Part shown: positions 38,503 to 46,658 of the stretch, piece by piece
How the letters are laid out: each line of letters begins with the position of its first letter
Position numbering within the stretch: the first letter of the stretch is position 1
From: Basidiobolus meristosporus CBS 931.73
Taxonomy: Eukaryota; Fungi; Basidiobolomycota
DNA: 64,000 nt
Reading direction: 5' to 3'
NCBI GenBank assembly: GCA_002104905.1
Contig: MCFE01000400.1
Location: forward strand, 1 to 64,000
The notes under the pieces: generated by a model
What the model was told of the DNA's origin: nothing
What the model saw: the letters and a program-made list of their open reading frames with translations, nothing else
Database searches by the model: none
Made by a program: the position numbers and the translations under genes

Positions 38503-38574
38503 GCCTGCTTAGCGCAGTGGTAGCGCGTCAGTCTCGTAAACTGAAGGTCGCCAGTTCAATCCTGGCAGTAGGCA
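38503..38574 (+). tRNA. tRNA-Thr(CGT), intronless, 72 nt
   Basis: Acceptor GCCTGCT/AGTAGGC+A, D stem GCGC/GCGC, anticodon stem TCAGT/ACTGA with loop CT-CGT-AA, T stem GCCAG/CTGGC with TTCAATC. A T-rich terminator (TTTATTTT) follows. Confidence 0.95.
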
Positions 38575-39460
38575 TTTATTTTAATATTGAATAAATCAAG
38601 ATGGTCACCAACTCAACTCACCCACCACAAGGATGGAAATGGTCGACCATGTCAAGATTGAGGCGACCCCAGTGTCACCTCCTTCGGGATCCCCTGACAC
38701 CGGAGAAAACCCAAAGGTTACAGGGAAGGTAGGCCTCACACATGAGTCAACCCGAACGCCCTGCTGGAGGTGGGGGTGGGAGTGTGTGATGATATGATAT
38801 CAGTGAATTTCAAACCATCAATGGCATGGTTTCGTCCGAAAAGGGCCAAACATATGCACGACAATAAGCCTCATATTCTGGACTGGCCCCTAATTCTGAT
38901 TTTGTGCATAGCTGCAAGTGGAGCCTATATCGGATGTTGGTAGTTTCTGGGAAGGAGTTCTGATGCACTACCTGGGGTATTAGATTGTTCACCCAGAGTT
39001 GAGGAGCCGATGGTACATCAAGAGTCCATTCCTTGTCCATCGATGATGATAGGAGTTTCTTGAAGATGAATGCCAGAAGGATGTATATCTGCAAACCCAA
39101 TTGTGATTCTTTTAATTTCTTTGCAGGTGAGTTCAAGTTCACTACCGCTAATGTAGGTAAGAAAGAAAAGGATGTAGGCAGGAATCCCATTGGGTTATTT
39201 GACCGGGCTGTGATGAATCAATTTACTGACGCCCTAGCCCATTGAGTTCACAACGCCAAGTGGGCTGGATTTCACCCCCAGTATGCGTGTCGATCAGGTT
39301 CTTCCTCCCCAGCCAAGCTCTCGCTCAGATTATGTGGTTTGAATGGATTGGTATTCTTGGCAGGTAGATATGTCACTTGGCAACTCTTCTTATAAATGTC
39401 GAACCTCGCTGATCCTCCGAACACAACATCCCATTACCACTGATTCATACCAACGCAGCC

Positions 39461-39769
39461 ATGCAACTCACAAAGCTAACCTTGATCACTGCCCTCTTCG
39501 CTGTCATCATGGCCCAGTCTCCCACCCCGACCGTGGTCACAACCACCAGTCCTGGCTCTACCGCCACCACACCTGCTACTACCACTGCCAACAACGGAGG
39601 GGTCTTCCCAAGCATCTGGAACAAGGTCACCTCGGGGATCGCATCTGTCCCATCACACGTTCGCAACGCCACCGAGGATGTGTTTGGGAACTCTGGGGAG
39701 CGAGTGAACCTTTCACTCGGCAGTGTGATGCTCACGGGCGGGGCACTATGGTATCAAATGAGGGCCTGA
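39461..39769 (+). CDS. Small secreted, putatively GPI-anchored protein, family copy 1 (102 aa)
   Basis: Signal peptide MQLTKLTLITALFAVIMA, T/S/P stalk, conserved VFPSIWNKVTSGIASVPSHVRNATEDVFGNSG, hydrophobic tail. TATAAA at 39391. Four paralogs nearby. Confidence 0.88.
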   Translation: MQLTKLTLITALFAVIMAQSPTPTVVTTTSPGSTATTPATTTANNGGVFPSIWNKVTSGIASVPSHVRNATEDVFGNSGERVNLSLGSVMLTGGALWYQMRA

Positions 39770-40263
39770 TTGAGAGTGATCGAAAGGAACTAGCATTTGA
39801 ACCAACACAATTCTATACAGCCCATGCATTCTGTCCCACCATCCTTGCTCCATGATATGTAACATACCTAAGTCAGTTAATAAATGCCTACAGTGATCTC
39901 ACCACCTGATTGTTGAGATATCCCTCCATCCAACCAATTGGTGGTAGTCGATGAACCCCGATGGAAAACACACTCTCTGTATCACCTTTTATGCTACATT
40001 CGGAACTGGTTGACAATGATCAGGATTGGCATTGAACCGCATTACCCTCGACAGTGGTGTTCGTGTACACCATTCGGAGTTTCCTCGCATTGAACATAAT
40101 TAGCACAAAAGAATAACCACCAGTCGGTGCACCCATTCTGTCACCTTACAACAACGACCTTGGGTCCTTGACTCATCGCTGGCCCTCTGGTGGAGTATAA
40201 AACGCTCCCCCGCCTCTTCCTCTGCCACCCACTCGAGTTCCTTACCCCCCCCCTCCGTCCATA

Positions 40264-40509
40264 ATGAAGTTCTCCATCCTTTTGTCCGCTGTTGCCGCCC
40301 TCTACATCACCGGAGCGGATGCCGCCTGCTACTGCCTCTCCGCCACCGGAAAAGGGACATTCTGCGGATTCCAACTGACCGGTGACTCGTGCGTGACCGA
40401 TCATCTCTACCAATGCAATGGCTACCGCCAGCCGGTATTCCAAGACCTAGGAAAGTGCGCCAACGGATGTCAAGGAACCTACCCATCCCAGAGCGACCAC
40501 TGCAAATGA
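40264..40509 (+). CDS. Secreted cysteine-rich peptide, copy 1 (81 aa, 8 Cys)
   Basis: Signal peptide MKFSILLSAVAALYITGADA. Mature spacing CxC-x9-C-x8-C-x7-C-x13-C-x3-C-x10-C. TATAAAA ~65 bp upstream. Confidence 0.9.
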   Translation: MKFSILLSAVAALYITGADAACYCLSATGKGTFCGFQLTGDSCVTDHLYQCNGYRQPVFQDLGKCANGCQGTYPSQSDHCK

Positions 40510-40660
40510 AGGCATAACGCACGCAGTAGGTTATTCCCTCAAAACAGCCTAGATCTAATTGGCAGCAATGCTGCATCTTTGACAAGGAATTAATAAAAGT
40601 CGAGGTGATACGGATGAGTTCTTGAGAATAATCGACTGAAACTGGTGGGGATAGGGAGAA

Positions 40661-40691
40661 TGGTACTGGTACTGGTACTGGTACTGGTACT
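40661..40691. repeat. (TGGTAC)5 microsatellite
   Basis: Read directly from the sequence. Confidence 0.95.
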
Positions 40692-41343
40692 ATGACTGAT
40701 AGATAAGAATTAGGAGGTTGAACTTAGAGGCCAAACCATAGCGAACGAGCTCACTTGACCAGAAGTAGAAACGCGGTCAAACACATTTCCCCGTGACCAA
40801 GGTGAGCAATCTCTCTGCATCACGCACAGGTTTGGATCTTCAATACATGCCCGAACCTCTCACTCCCCCACCCCCACAATGCACCGATGAAATAGGCATT
40901 GCATCACCCAATTCGTAATCGATGATATTTCACCAGATCACCCAAACCCGACATATAGACACACGAATCAGTTCCAATTCAGACAAAATGTCCCCCAGGT
41001 ATTACCCAACCAACCAATGAATAGCAGCCTACGAACCTCGATAGAAAGCCTGCCTGCTGTACCACCCATCATGCTACGTTCGGAACTGGTTGACAATGAT
41101 CAGGATTGGCATTGAACCGCATTACCCTCGACAGTGGTGCTCGTGTACACCATTCGGAGTTTCCTCGCATTGAACATAATTAGCACAAAAGAATAACCAC
41201 CAGTCGGTGCACCCATCCTGTCACCTTACAACAACGACCTTGAGTCCTTGACTCATCGCTGGCCCTCTGGTGGAGTATAAAACGCTCCCCCGCCTCTTCC
41301 TCTGCCACCCACTCGAGTTCCTTACCCCCCCCCTCCGTCCATA

Positions 41344-41589
41344 ATGAAGTTCTCCATCCTTTTGTCCGCTGTTGCCGCCCTCTACATCACCGGAGCGGAT
41401 GCCGCCTGCTACTGCCTCTCCGCCACCGGAAAAGGGACATTCTGCGGATTCCAACTGACCGGTGACTCGTGCGTGACCGATCATCTCTACCAATGCAATG
41501 GCTACCGCCAGCCGGTGTTCCAAGACCTAGGAAAGTGCGCCAACGGATGTCAAGGAACCTACCCATCCCAGAGCGACCACTGCAAATGA
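41344..41589 (+). CDS. Secreted cysteine-rich peptide, copy 2 (protein identical to copy 1)
   Basis: Same 81-aa sequence; one synonymous GTA/GTG difference seen. Confidence 0.9.
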   Translation: MKFSILLSAVAALYITGADAACYCLSATGKGTFCGFQLTGDSCVTDHLYQCNGYRQPVFQDLGKCANGCQGTYPSQSDHCK

Positions 41590-41988
41590 AGGCACAACCC
41601 TCGCCGTAGGTAATGATCGTAATGGGCCCTCCCCTCCAAAATAGCCAAGTTGCACGACACATTAATTTCCCATCCACGCTGCGGCCCATACAAGGAATGA
41701 ATAAAGTGGAAGTGATCAAGACGTCATATGGGATACGACATGCTTCATTATAGACGGTGTGCCCCGGTTGTAGTACCAGCATTCCGACGATAAAACGCAA
41801 CGTCGTCTGCGCGGTTGAGATGAGCGATGACTACATATTGGTATGGGATCGATCGGAGGTTCGCTTTGGGGAGGTTTATTGGCTGATTGTGGTATGTTAC
41901 ATATCATGGAGCAAGGATGGTGTGAGGAATGGTTTGGCTAGTGTACAATATTGGAAGTGTGGACACGAAATAGATCACCTCACCCCAA

Positions 41989-42297
41989 CTACGCATTCAT
42001 TTGGTACAGGAGCACTCCACCTGTGAGCATCACACTGCCGAGTGAAAGGTTCACTCGCTCCCCAGAGTTCCCAAACACATCCTCGGTGGCATTGCGAACG
42101 TGTGATGGGACAGATGCGATTCCCGAGGTGACCTTGTTCCAGATGCTTGGGAAGACCCCTCCGTTGTTGGCAGTGGTAGTAGCAGGAGTGGTGGCGGTAG
42201 AGCCAGGGCTGGTGGTTGTGACCACGGTCGGGGTGGGAGACTGGGCCATGATACCTGCGATGAGAGCAGTGATCAAGGTTAGCTTTGTGAGTTGCAT
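41989..42297 (-). CDS. Small secreted, putatively GPI-anchored protein, copy 2 (102 aa)
   Basis: Start at the internal MQLTK ATG, by comparison with copy 1. Shares the promoter and TATA box. Confidence 0.88.
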   Translation of the reverse strand: MQLTKLTLITALIAGIMAQSPTPTVVTTTSPGSTATTPATTTANNGGVFPSIWNKVTSGIASVPSHVRNATEDVFGNSGERVNLSLGSVMLTGGVLLYQMNA

Positions 42298-43017
42298 GGC
42301 TGCGTTGGTATGAATCAGTGGTAATGGGATGTTGTGCTTCGGAGGATCAGCGAGGTTCGACATTTATAAGAAGAGTTGCCAAGTGACATATCTATCTGCC
42401 AAGAATACCAATCCATTCAAACCGCATTATCTGAGCCAGAGCTCGGCTGGGGAGGCAGAGCCCGATCGACACGGATGCAAACTGAGAGATCCAGCCGGCT
42501 TGGCATGACCGAGTAAATCGGGGATTCGATGGGCTTGGGCGTCAGGTAGATAGATTGATCACAGCCCGGATAAATCTGGAATTACGCGTCGTTCCTGGCT
42601 TGGTTAGAACAGGTTGAGGTGTGAGAGATGAGCTCAAGTGACCATGAGGTTCCAGTTGCTCCATTTGCCCTTTCGTACAGCTACGCCAGCACGCCTCAAA
42701 TAGACTTCTGTTGCTCGATGTCTTTTTGCTCGCATTAGGCTTGCTGCCAGTCAATGCGTAAGAGTGGTACGGTTATTTCACAAGGACTTGAGGGAATCCA
42801 GCGTGTTATTTATTTCGCATTTGAGGATGATCATCCAGGGTGCATCACCGACACTCCGATCAAGAAATACCGGTCCAAGGGAGGCTAGGATCTATTCTTA
42901 AGAGACGAGCTCAATGAGTGTTTATTGACTGGCTTGGGTATGTTACATATCAGAGGGCAATGGTGTGAGCTAGTGTACAACATAGAAAGCGCGAATGCGA
43001 ATTAAACTCCACCCCAG

Positions 43018-43326
43018 TTACGCATTCATTTGGTATAGGAGCACTCCACCGGTGAGCATCACACTGCCGAGTGAAAGGTTCACTCGCTCCCCAGAGTTCC
43101 CAAACACATCCTCGGTGGCGTTGCGAACGTGTGATGGGACAGATGCGATTCCCGAGGTGACCTTGTTCCAGATGCTTGGGAAGACCCCTCCGTTGTTGGC
43201 AGTGGTAGTAGCAGGGGTGGTGGCGGTAGAGCCAGGGCTGGTGGTTGTGACCACGGTCGGGGTGGGAGACTGGGCCATGATACCTGCGATGAGAGCAGTG
43301 ATCAAGGTTAGCTTTGTGAGTTGCAT
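43018..43326 (-). CDS. Small secreted, putatively GPI-anchored protein, copy 3 (protein identical to copy 2)
   Basis: Tandem duplicate of copy 2 at offset 1029 bp; only synonymous differences were seen. Confidence 0.88.
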   Translation of the reverse strand: MQLTKLTLITALIAGIMAQSPTPTVVTTTSPGSTATTPATTTANNGGVFPSIWNKVTSGIASVPSHVRNATEDVFGNSGERVNLSLGSVMLTGGVLLYQMNA

Positions 43327-43999
43327 GGCTGCGTTGGTATGAATCAGTGGTAATGGGATGTTGTGTTCGGAGGATCAGCGAGGTTCGACATTTATAAGAA
43401 AAGAGGTGCCAAGTGGCATATCTACATGCCAAGAATACCAATTCATTCAGATCACGAGTTAAGGGATCAAATGTTGGCCGGCTTGGCGAGAGCTAGTGGA
43501 TTAGGTATTCGATGGGCTTAGGATATGTGGAAGGCTGATTGAAATTCGATTCAAGATTCATCATAGCCCGGCCTAAAATGGAAGCCCAATTCCCTACTAT
43601 TGGCCACTCACTCAACATGATGCAACTAGTGGAGGGTTGGATGTACAATGACTTGCGGCAAACCAGACAAGCTCTTCGCCGCGACCGATCTATCATTCAT
43701 GCGCCTGTGGGGAAGGGCTGGATCACCGCCAAGTCTACCAGGTAGAATGGAACGAGCACAGATACGTATTGGGAACACTCTGGGGTATATGTAGATACAT
43801 TAGGAATTTGCATCAGCAGGTGTAACAATTGTTTTTTATTCACATCTGGGCAATGCAATTGAAAGTCCCATTGTGGCTCGGGATCTACATGGATATGGCA
43901 CAGAGACAGGTGCCCCTGATGGTGGACGCAAATGCTGGCAAGTTGAGACAACGCGATGTGAGTGTGGATGCGGATGCGCTCAGAGATCCTCTTCCTTAC

Positions 44000-44317
44000 T
44001 TAGACGCCCATCTGGTATAGAATCGCTCCACTGCCAAGCACCAAACCGCCAAGCGAAAGGTCGATTCGGGCCCCAGAGTTGCCGAACACACTGTGAGTCG
44101 TGTTCCGGATGTTTGACGGTGCAGCGGCAATACCGGAGGTGATCTTATTCCAAATACTCGGGAACACTCTTGATTTACCCGCAGTGGTGCGAGCAGTGGT
44201 GCTAATGGGGCTGGCGAGGCTTGTTGAGGTAGCTGTCGGAGCTGGAGTTGGAGTTGAAGACTGGGCCATAGTGTTAGTGAGGAGAGCGGCAATCAATATT
44301 TGCTGGATGAGATGCAT
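44000..44317 (-). CDS. Small secreted, putatively GPI-anchored protein, copy 4 (105 aa, diverged)
   Basis: MHLIQQILIAALLTNTMAQS...VFPSIWNKITSGIAAAPSNIRNTTHSVFGNSG...LSLGGLVLGSGAILYQMGV; start inferred from paralogs. Confidence 0.87.
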   Translation of the reverse strand: MHLIQQILIAALLTNTMAQSSTPTPAPTATSTSLASPISTTARTTAGKSRVFPSIWNKITSGIAAAPSNIRNTTHSVFGNSGARIDLSLGGLVLGSGAILYQMGV

Positions 44318-44642
44318 GGTATGGTGAAACACGATAGAAGTTACGTTGAATGAATGGAACCATTGCTTGTATTTATAATGGTGGATGCACCAAGATTCCC
44401 TTTCTACGGGCTGGATACGAGGGATAGACGGCCACTTGTTGGTCGAAGGAAAGACCTTGATGGGAGGATGAAAGTATGATAGACACACCAGGATCCAACG
44501 TAGATAGATTACTGATGGAGGTACGATGCAACCAATACTCATGGTCAGGTTAAAATGAAGCATTTATTAAAGTCGGTATGCAGATACATATCCTTTGCTG
44601 TATACATTATGCATATATGATGAGATAGATAAGATCAACGAA

Positions 44643-44951
44643 CTAAGCCCTCATTTGAAGCAGAAGCACTCCGCTGGTGAGCATCACGCCCCCCAGCGAA
44701 AGGTAGACGCGCGCCCCAGAGTTGTTGCCGAATACATCGTTCGTGGCATTACGAATGTTCGACGGTGCCGCAGCAATACCGGAGGTGATCTTGTTCCATA
44801 CGCTCGGAAACACCCCCGCCTCACTGGTGGTAGTGGCAGGAGTAGCGGTGATAGCGCTGGAGACACTTGACGAGGCAGAAGTCGGAGCCGGCGACTGAGC
44901 CGTAACGCTAGCGAGGAGAGCGGCAATGAAAGTGGCTTTGAAGAAGTGCAT
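44643..44951 (-). CDS. Small secreted, putatively GPI-anchored protein, copy 5 (102 aa, diverged)
   Basis: MHFFKATFIAALLASVTAQS...VFPSVWNKITSGIAAAPSNIRNATNDVFGNNSG...; TATAAA upstream at ~45000. Confidence 0.87.
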   Translation of the reverse strand: MHFFKATFIAALLASVTAQSPAPTSASSSVSSAITATPATTTSEAGVFPSVWNKITSGIAAAPSNIRNATNDVFGNNSGARVYLSLGGVMLTSGVLLLQMRA

Positions 44952-45060
44952 GGTGATGGGTTGTATGGTGACGGTAGTGGGAACTCGCCTGCGTAGTCTT
45001 TATAGAAACGAACCGCTTGGGCTTGGTTGGGCTGGAGCAAAGGCTAAGTCAGATGGTATA

Positions 45061-45100
45061 GGGTATGGGTAAGGGTAAGGGTAAGGGTAAGGGTAAGGGT
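45061..45100 (+). repeat. (GGGTAA)n hexamer tract with seven GGG runs; potential G-quadruplex
   Basis: GGGTATGGGTAAGGGTAAGGGTAAGGGTAAGGGTAAGGGT is read directly. Confidence 0.9.
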
Positions 45101-45461
45101 ACGGTAACATAGGGAGATGTCTTAACGAATGCTAATGCGATGACCGAATTTAGAAGCAACAAGGTTCCAAAAAACCGGAGTGCTGAGCATCTCTTGATGC
45201 AGGGACAGCAGCAATGAGGAACCATTGCGATCAGGGAAATCCATTGTAAATTGGATTTCATAAAACCATGATGCAGTCGTGCATACCATTCAAGGTGAAT
45301 CCACCCTATTGTTCCGCACAATAGATCGACAATAGACCATCTCCCTGCTCTCGACATGCACCCCTTATTGCACGCAACATCCGTGGATAAATACCCAACG
45401 GCTCTCCACCGGAATCGTCAGTTCATCTCATCTCCATCCACATCTTCCCAACCAAGTCAAC

Positions 45462-45584
45462 ATGCGCTTCAACGTTGCCCTCTGCACTTTCATCGCCCTC
45501 CTCGTCTTCACATCCGTGGTCGTGGACGCGCAAGGAGCGAAAGGTCAGCCCGCCGCCAAGGGGAAGAAGGGCTCCAAACAGTAA
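45462..45584 (+). CDS. 40-aa secreted cationic micropeptide (not in the ORF track)
   Basis: MRFNVALCTFIALLVFTSVVVDA|QGAKGQPAAKGKKGSKQ*. Good start context (CAACATGC), GATAAATA ~75 bp upstream, AATAAA downstream at ~45737. Confidence 0.65.
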   Translation: MRFNVALCTFIALLVFTSVVVDAQGAKGQPAAKGKKGSKQ

Positions 45585-45858
45585 TCCCCAACCCCGCGCA
45601 GCCCAGCCTCCACCAAGGAAAAACCACACTCGGATTGAATTTACATGTGGCGTGAACCACAGGAACCATTTCTTGAATTTATATACATTTCAAATGTTTG
45701 GGATCGGCATCGATGGATTCGATGCACTCAAAATACAATAAAAGTGTGGGGGGAGGGGTGGTCTCTACTATTCACATACATTGCACTTTCTCTAGATTCA
45801 TGTCGGGTGGATGGGATGGGATGGGATGGGGTACACGTTGGAGTCGGCGGGTGGCTCA

Positions 45859-46632
45859 TTATTTAGCAATGCCGAGGTTGGAATTCAGATCCAACGACTC
45901 CTCCAACTCGACCAGCTGGCAAATCAAGCTCATGTTCGGGCAAATCGAATCACTACGCGATTTCACGTAGTCGTAGGCTTCGTTGACATTCATTCGTAAA
46001 GCACGCATAACGTACGCGATCATAAGACTTGCTGAGCGTGACACGCCAAGCTGACAGTGCACAAGTATACCCAGCTGCTTGGAACGCGCCTCGTCGATGA
46101 ATCGGAAGGCGTCCTGGAAGGATTTGAAAATGTTCTCCTCGTTGTGTCCCCAAGCCAGGCTTTTGTATCTCAGGATACGGGTGGGATCAGCGAGACAATC
46201 CCCATCCAGCTGAAGGGTGTACGATACGATGGATGGTGTGGTCGGGGACACCACCCCCTCAAAATACGGGGGATCTACCTCTTTGGCAACATTCAAGATG
46301 TAATGGATATCGTTTGTGACCAGCATCTCCTGATCACGAGCGTTCTTCTCGCAACCTAGGAATAGAAAGGGCAGAATGCATATTGGGCCAGCGTTGTATG
46401 AATCTTGCTGTCCAGGGCTGGTCTCCCCAGCGATCTGAAGCTGGTTGACCTGTTGTGTGATGGAGGTTGTGGGTGTCTCGACGACTTTTCCGCTGGTTTC
46501 AGTCGCCCCGCACCCCTTTGGAACGATTAACGACAGATTCTTCGAGTTGCGCCGTTTGTTCCTCAGAGGAGGCTTTTTCGCGAGAGAGGGGAATGGGGAG
46601 GTGGAGATGGGTTTGGAGAAGGCAAGGGTCAT
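45859..46632 (-). CDS. Dual-specificity (MAP kinase) phosphatase, Msg5/Pmp1-like
   Basis: Catalytic VHCQLGVSRS; LFLG, ILNVA and CPN motifs; N-terminal KRRNSKNLSL resembles the Msg5 docking segment. Start placed at MTLAFS, since the upstream ORF extension translates a microsatellite. Confidence 0.92.
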   Translation of the reverse strand: MTLAFSKPISTSPFPSLAKKPPLRNKRRNSKNLSLIVPKGCGATETSGKVVETPTTSITQQVNQLQIAGETSPGQQDSYNAGPICILPFLFLGCEKNARDQEMLVTNDIHYILNVAKEVDPPYFEGVVSPTTPSIVSYTLQLDGDCLADPTRILRYKSLAWGHNEENIFKSFQDAFRFIDEARSKQLGILVHCQLGVSRSASLMIAYVMRALRMNVNEAYDYVKSRSDSICPNMSLICQLVELEESLDLNSNLGIAK

Positions 46633-46633
46633 G

Positions 46634-46658
46634 GTTTCGTTTCGTTTCGTTTCGTTTC
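46634..46658. repeat. (GTTTC)5 microsatellite just upstream of the phosphatase ATG
   Basis: Read directly from the sequence. Confidence 0.9.

Larger units (their letters stand above)
39991..41610 (+). repeat. Direct segmental duplication (~540-bp units at 39991-40530 and 41071-41610, offset 1080 bp)
   Basis: Near-identical promoter plus CDS, with only a few substitutions seen. Confidence 0.92.

Noticed and set aside
38810-39245. ORFs between the tRNA and the peptide cluster
   Set aside because: No recognisable motif, and part overlaps the duplicated promoter of the GPI-like genes.
41989-44563. Longer N-terminal extensions given by the ORF track for copies 2 and 4
   Set aside because: They run through the TATA/5' UTR region and would bury the signal peptide; the paralogs define the shorter starts.
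39343-44870. Antisense and alternate-frame ORFs over the small secreted genes
   Set aside because: They are shadows of the real CDSs. Only the signal-peptide frame is conserved across all five paralogs.
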